From Squalus acanthias (lineage: Eukaryota): a DNA stretch of 64,000 nt. Position numbers and translations under genes: made by a program. Shown here in pieces: positions 59,463 to 64,000 of this stretch. A model generated the notes under the pieces. That model ran no database searches and was not told where the DNA came from. It saw only the letters and a list, made by a program, of their open reading frames with translations. Where the stretch lies: contig CM059427.1 in NCBI GenBank assembly GCA_030390025.1, positions 188,852,001 to 188,916,000 of the forward strand, read 5' to 3'. The number at the start of each line of letters is the position of its first letter. The stretch's first letter is position 1.

Positions 59463-62400
59463 CTGCGAAACTGAGATCTTCGTGGATAGCACGTTTAACG
59501 AGGTGGTCACACCGCAGGTAAAGAGTGCACAGGCAGACAGGAAATGGGTGACCGCCAGACAGAGTAAAAGAACTAGGAAGGTAATGCAGGAGTTCCCTGG
59601 GTCCATCTCCCTCTCCAACAGATTTTCTGTTTTGGATACTGCTGGAGGAGATGGTTTCTCAGGGGAATGCAGCAAGAACCAAGTCCATGGCACTACGAGT
59701 GGCTCAGCTGCACAGGAGGGGAGGAAAAAGTGTGGGAGAGCAATAGTGACAGGGGATTCTATGGTAAGGGGAACAGATGGACATTTCTGTGGCCACAGAC
59801 GTGACTCCAGGATAGTATGTTGCCTCCCTGGTGCCAGGGGCAAGGATGTCACTGAACGGCTGCAGGACATTCTGAACAGTCAGAGGTCGTGGTTCACATT
59901 GGTACCAACGACATGGGAAGAAAGAGGAATGAGGTCCTGCAACAAGAATTTAGGGAGCTAGGAAGCAGATTAAAAAGCAGGACCTCAAATGTTGTAATCT
60001 CTGGATTACTCCCGGTGCCACGTGTTAGTGAGTGTAGGAATAGGAGGATAGAGCAGATGAATGCGTGGCTAAAGAGTTGGTGCAGGAGGGAGGGCTTTAG
60101 TTTCCTGGATCACTGGGTCTGCTTCTGGGGAAGGTGGGACCTGTACAAGTCGGACGGGTTGCACCTGAACCGGAACGGGACCAACATCCTTGCGGGGAAG
60201 TTTGTTCGTACTGTTGGGGGGGCGGGGGGTGGGGGGGAGTTTAAAATAACTTGGCAGGGGAATGGGATACAGAGTGGAGCTATAGTAGGGGGTGATGCAC
60301 AGCCAAATATAGAGGAAAAAACAAGTCAGCCTGGAAGGCAGAGCAAATATGTAATAGCACAAGGGAGTATGGCAAGGCTGGATGGCATTTATTTTAATGC
60401 AAGGAGTCTTGCGAGTAAGGTAGATGAATTGAAGGTGTTGATGAACACATGGGAGTATGATATTGTTGCTATCACAGAGACATGGTTGAGGGAGGGGCAG
60501 GACTGGCAGCTCAATATTCCGGGGTATAGAATCTTCAGGCGAGACAGAGGGGGGGTGTAAAAGAGCAGGGAGTGTCGCAATATTAATCAAGGAGTCAATT
60601 ACTGCTGTAAGGAGGGATGATATCTTAGCAGGTTCCTCTAATGAGGCCATATGGGTCGAACTTAAAAACAAGAGGGGGGCAAGCACTTTGCTGGAGTGTA
60701 CTATAGGCCCCCAAACAGTCAGGGGGAGATATAGAAACAAAAATGTAGGCAAATCTCAGAGAAGTGTAGAAATAATAGGGTAATAATAGTAGGGGATTTC
60801 AACTTCCCCAATAATAACTGTGATAGTCAGAGTGTGAAAGGCTTAGAGGGTGCGGAATTCTTAAAGTGCACCCAGGAGAGCTTTTTGAGCCAGCATGTAG
60901 AAAGTCCTACAAGAGAGGGGGTGGTACTGGACCTCATTCTAGGGATTATAACCGGGCAAGTGATAGAAGTGTATGTAGGAGAGCATTTTGGTGACATTAA
61001 CCATAATCAGGTAAGATTTAAGGTAGTCATGGAAAAGGACAAAGATGGACCGGAAATAAAGGTTCTAAATTGGGGGAAGGCCGATTTTAATATGATAAGG
61101 CAGGATCTGGCCAAAGTGGACTGGGATCAGCTACTTGTAGGAAAATCCACATCAGAGCAGTGGGAGTCTTTCACAAAGGAAATAGAGAGAGTACAATGCC
61201 AACATGTTCCCGTAAAGGTCAAGGGTGGGACCAACAAGCCCAGGGAACGCTGGATGTCAAGGGATATACAAGAATGGATTAGGAAAAAAAGGGAGGCTTT
61301 TGGCAGATACAAAGGACTAAAAACAGTGGAAGCCCTAGAGGAGTATAGAAAGTGCAGGGGGTTACTTAAAAAAGAAATTAGAAGAGCGAAGAGGGGGCAT
61401 GAAAAAACACTGGTGGGCAAAATAAAGGAAAATCCCAAGGTGTTTTATAAGTATATTAAGGGTAAAAGGATAACCAGGGAAAGATTAGCACCCATTAGGA
61501 ACCAAAGTGGCAATCTGTGTGTAGAGCAGGAAGATGTGGGTGAGGATTGAAATGAGTATTTTGCATCTGTGTTCACTATGGAGAAGGACGATGTCAGCAT
61601 AGAAATCAGGCAGGGGGATTGTGATATACTTGAACAAATTAGTATTGAGAGGGAGGAGGTACTCGCGGTTTTAGCGGGCTTAAAAGTGGATAAACCCCCA
61701 GGCCCAGACGAGATGTATCCCAGGCTGCTGTGTGAGGCAAGGGAGGAGATTGCAGGGGCTCTGACACAAATTTTCAGAACCTCTCTGGCCACAGGGGAGG
61801 TGCCAGAGTACTGAAGAACAGCTAACGTATTACTATTATTCAAGAAGGTTAGTAGGGATAAACCAGGGAATTACAGGCCAGTGAGCCTAACATCAGTGGT
61901 AGGGAAATTATTGGATAAAATTCTGAGGGACAGAATTAGTCTCCACTTTGAGAGGCAAGGATTAATCAAGGATAGTCAGCATGGTTTTGTCAGGGGGAGA
62001 TCGTGTGTAACCAATTTGATTGAATTTATCAAGGGGGTGACTAGGTGTGTGGATGAGCGTAGTGCAGTTGATGTAGTCTACATGGAGTTCACCAAGGCAT
62101 TTGACAAAGTCCCACATGGGAGACTGGTCAAGAAGGTAAGAGCCCATGGGATCCAGGGCAATTTGCCACATTGGATCCAAAATTGGCTTAGTGGCAGGAG
62201 GCAGAGGGTAATGGTCGAAGGTTGTTTTTGTGACTGGAAGCCTGTGTCCAGTGGTGTACCGCAGGCTTCAGTGCTGGGTCCTTTGCTGTTTGTAGTGTAC
62301 ATTAATGATTTGGATATGAATGTAGGAGGTATGATCAGTAAGTTCGCAGATGACATGAAAATTAGTGGAGTGGTAAATAGCGAGGAGGGAAGCCTCAGGC

Positions 62401-63149
62401 TACAGGACGATACAGACGGGTTGGTTGGATGGGCAGAACAGTGGCAAATGGAATTTAACCCTGAAAAGTTTGAGTTGATGCATTTTGGGAGCACTAACAA
62501 GGCAAGGAATACACAATGAATGGTAGGACCTGAGGAAGGACAGAGGATCAGAGGGACCTTGGTGTGCATATACATAGATCCCTGAAGGCAGCAGGACAGG
62601 TAAATAAGGTGGTTAAAAAGGCATATGGGATACTTGCCTTCATTAGCCTAGGCATAGAATATAAGAGCAGGGAGGTTACGATGGAGCTGCACAAAACGCT
62701 AGTTAGGCCACAGCTGAAATACTGTGTGCAGTTCTGGTTGCCACACTATAGGAAGGATGTGATTGCATTGGAGAGGGTGCAGAGGAGATTCACCAGGATG
62801 TTAGCTGGGATGGAGCGCTTCAGCTATGAAGAGAGACTGGACAGGCTGGAGTTAATTTCCTTAGAGCTGAGAAGGCTAAGGGGGGTCCTGATTGAGGTGT
62901 ACAAAATTATGAGGGGCATAGAATGTTAGATAGAAAGGAACTTTTCCCCTTATTAGAGGGGTCAATAACCAGGGGGCATAGTTTGAAGGTAAGGGGCAGG
63001 AGGTTTAGAGGGGATTTGAGGAAAACCTTTTTCACCCAGAGGGTTGTTGGAATCTAGAACTCACTGCCTGAAAGGGTGGTAGAGGCAGGAACCCTCACAA
63101 CATTCAAGAAGCATTTCGATGAGCACTTGAATCGCCATAGCATACAAGG
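59463..63149 (+). mobile_element. Near full-length degenerate CR1 (ORF1 SGNH esterase, APE, RT)
   Basis: GDSMVRG, HIGTND, DGLHLN, then YFNARSL, ITETWL, FADDMK, LKYCVQFW. Confidence 0.9.
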
Positions 63150-64000
63150 TGTAGAATTCGCAATTATCGCGATTTCATTTTAATAAGGAGAAAACACAAG
63201 TTTCGTTCAAAACAGCTTTTATTTCAGCGGAATGCTGTCAGGTTTAAATTGGACACAAGCAGCCTGTAAAATGGCCGCCGCACCGCGTGACAGAACATTC
63301 GAGACTTTTCGGCAGGCAGACAAGATGGCGTTCCAATAAACATTTTTGCAGGATCGATAACGATTCAGCACAGTGAAGACAATACACAGGACATTATGGG
63401 TTTACAGTATAAACATCGATACTGGAATCGGTCTCCCAGGTACAAAGGAAAGCCATCAAGGGCCCATCCAAAGGACATTAATATGTAAACTCCCAACGGC
63501 TCTACGATGAGAGAGCCGTTAGCAGGTAGTTATACAGGACACTTGGAAGCCCCAAACCCCTCCAGGGGGAACACCGACCGATTTGACAATGGGAGAAATA
63601 TTAACAGGTACTCAAACATTTAGGAGTAGCCCCGAAACCCATTAAGGACAGAGATCACCCATACAGGACATTTTTGGGCGCCAAACCTTAAACAAAAGAA
63701 TGGACATTGTAGTTGGGCGGGAAACGGAAGAACTGTGCACTATAATTGCAGGCCCAAACCGTCCATTCGCTCTCTTGCCTCGTGTTCGTGACTCTTGCTC
63801 TTTTGCTCTTGACTCTTGCCGCTTGCTGCTGTTATCATCGTGGCTGCTCCTGTGTTTTATCCGGTCGATTCGTAACCTCGTGGCTGCTCCTGGGTAAAAG
63901 ACTGTTGCAAAGACCTATGTTGGTAGCTGGCAGCGGAACCGAAGGCCCGGGATGAGATGAGATGAGATGAGATGAGATGAGAGGAGAAGAGAAGAAGACC
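63150..64000 (+). mobile_element. LTR family B copy, truncated by the window edge, inserted in a CR1 3' end
   Basis: TGTAGAATTCGCAAT start, colinear with 4389-5233 including the (ATGAG)n tract. Confidence 0.88.

Noticed and set aside
60069-62575. Minus-strand ORFs opposite CR1 coding regions (here and at other CR1 copies)
   Set aside because: Antisense shadows of LINE ORFs with no independent motifs.

Overview
Eukaryotic, repeat-dense vertebrate DNA, most likely a cartilaginous fish (inferred from abundant CR1/L2 LINEs and a DeuSINE-like SINE). One host gene is recognisable, on the minus strand over about 47 kb: a leader exon (56601-56710) plus eight Ig-domain exons, all with phase-1 junctions and GT/AG sites. 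They form two tandem copies of a V-C2-V-C2 module (D1-D4, D5-D8). D4 and D8 carry the F-strand WxC motif typical of the CD4/LAG-3 family. D8 has a +1 frameshift with an immediate stop, several domains have lost canonical cysteines, and a decayed third D2-type exon lies in intron 3. No transmembrane or cytoplasmic exon could be identified in the window. The rest is nested transposons: a TSD-flanked non-autonomous LTR element (gag-pro, tRNA-Arg PBS), four other LTRs, many CR1 and L2 LINE pieces, PIF/Harbinger-like and hAT-like MITEs, a TE-borne 1.8 kb minisatellite and a 205 bp palindrome. All coordinates were read by eye and family names are not database-verified.
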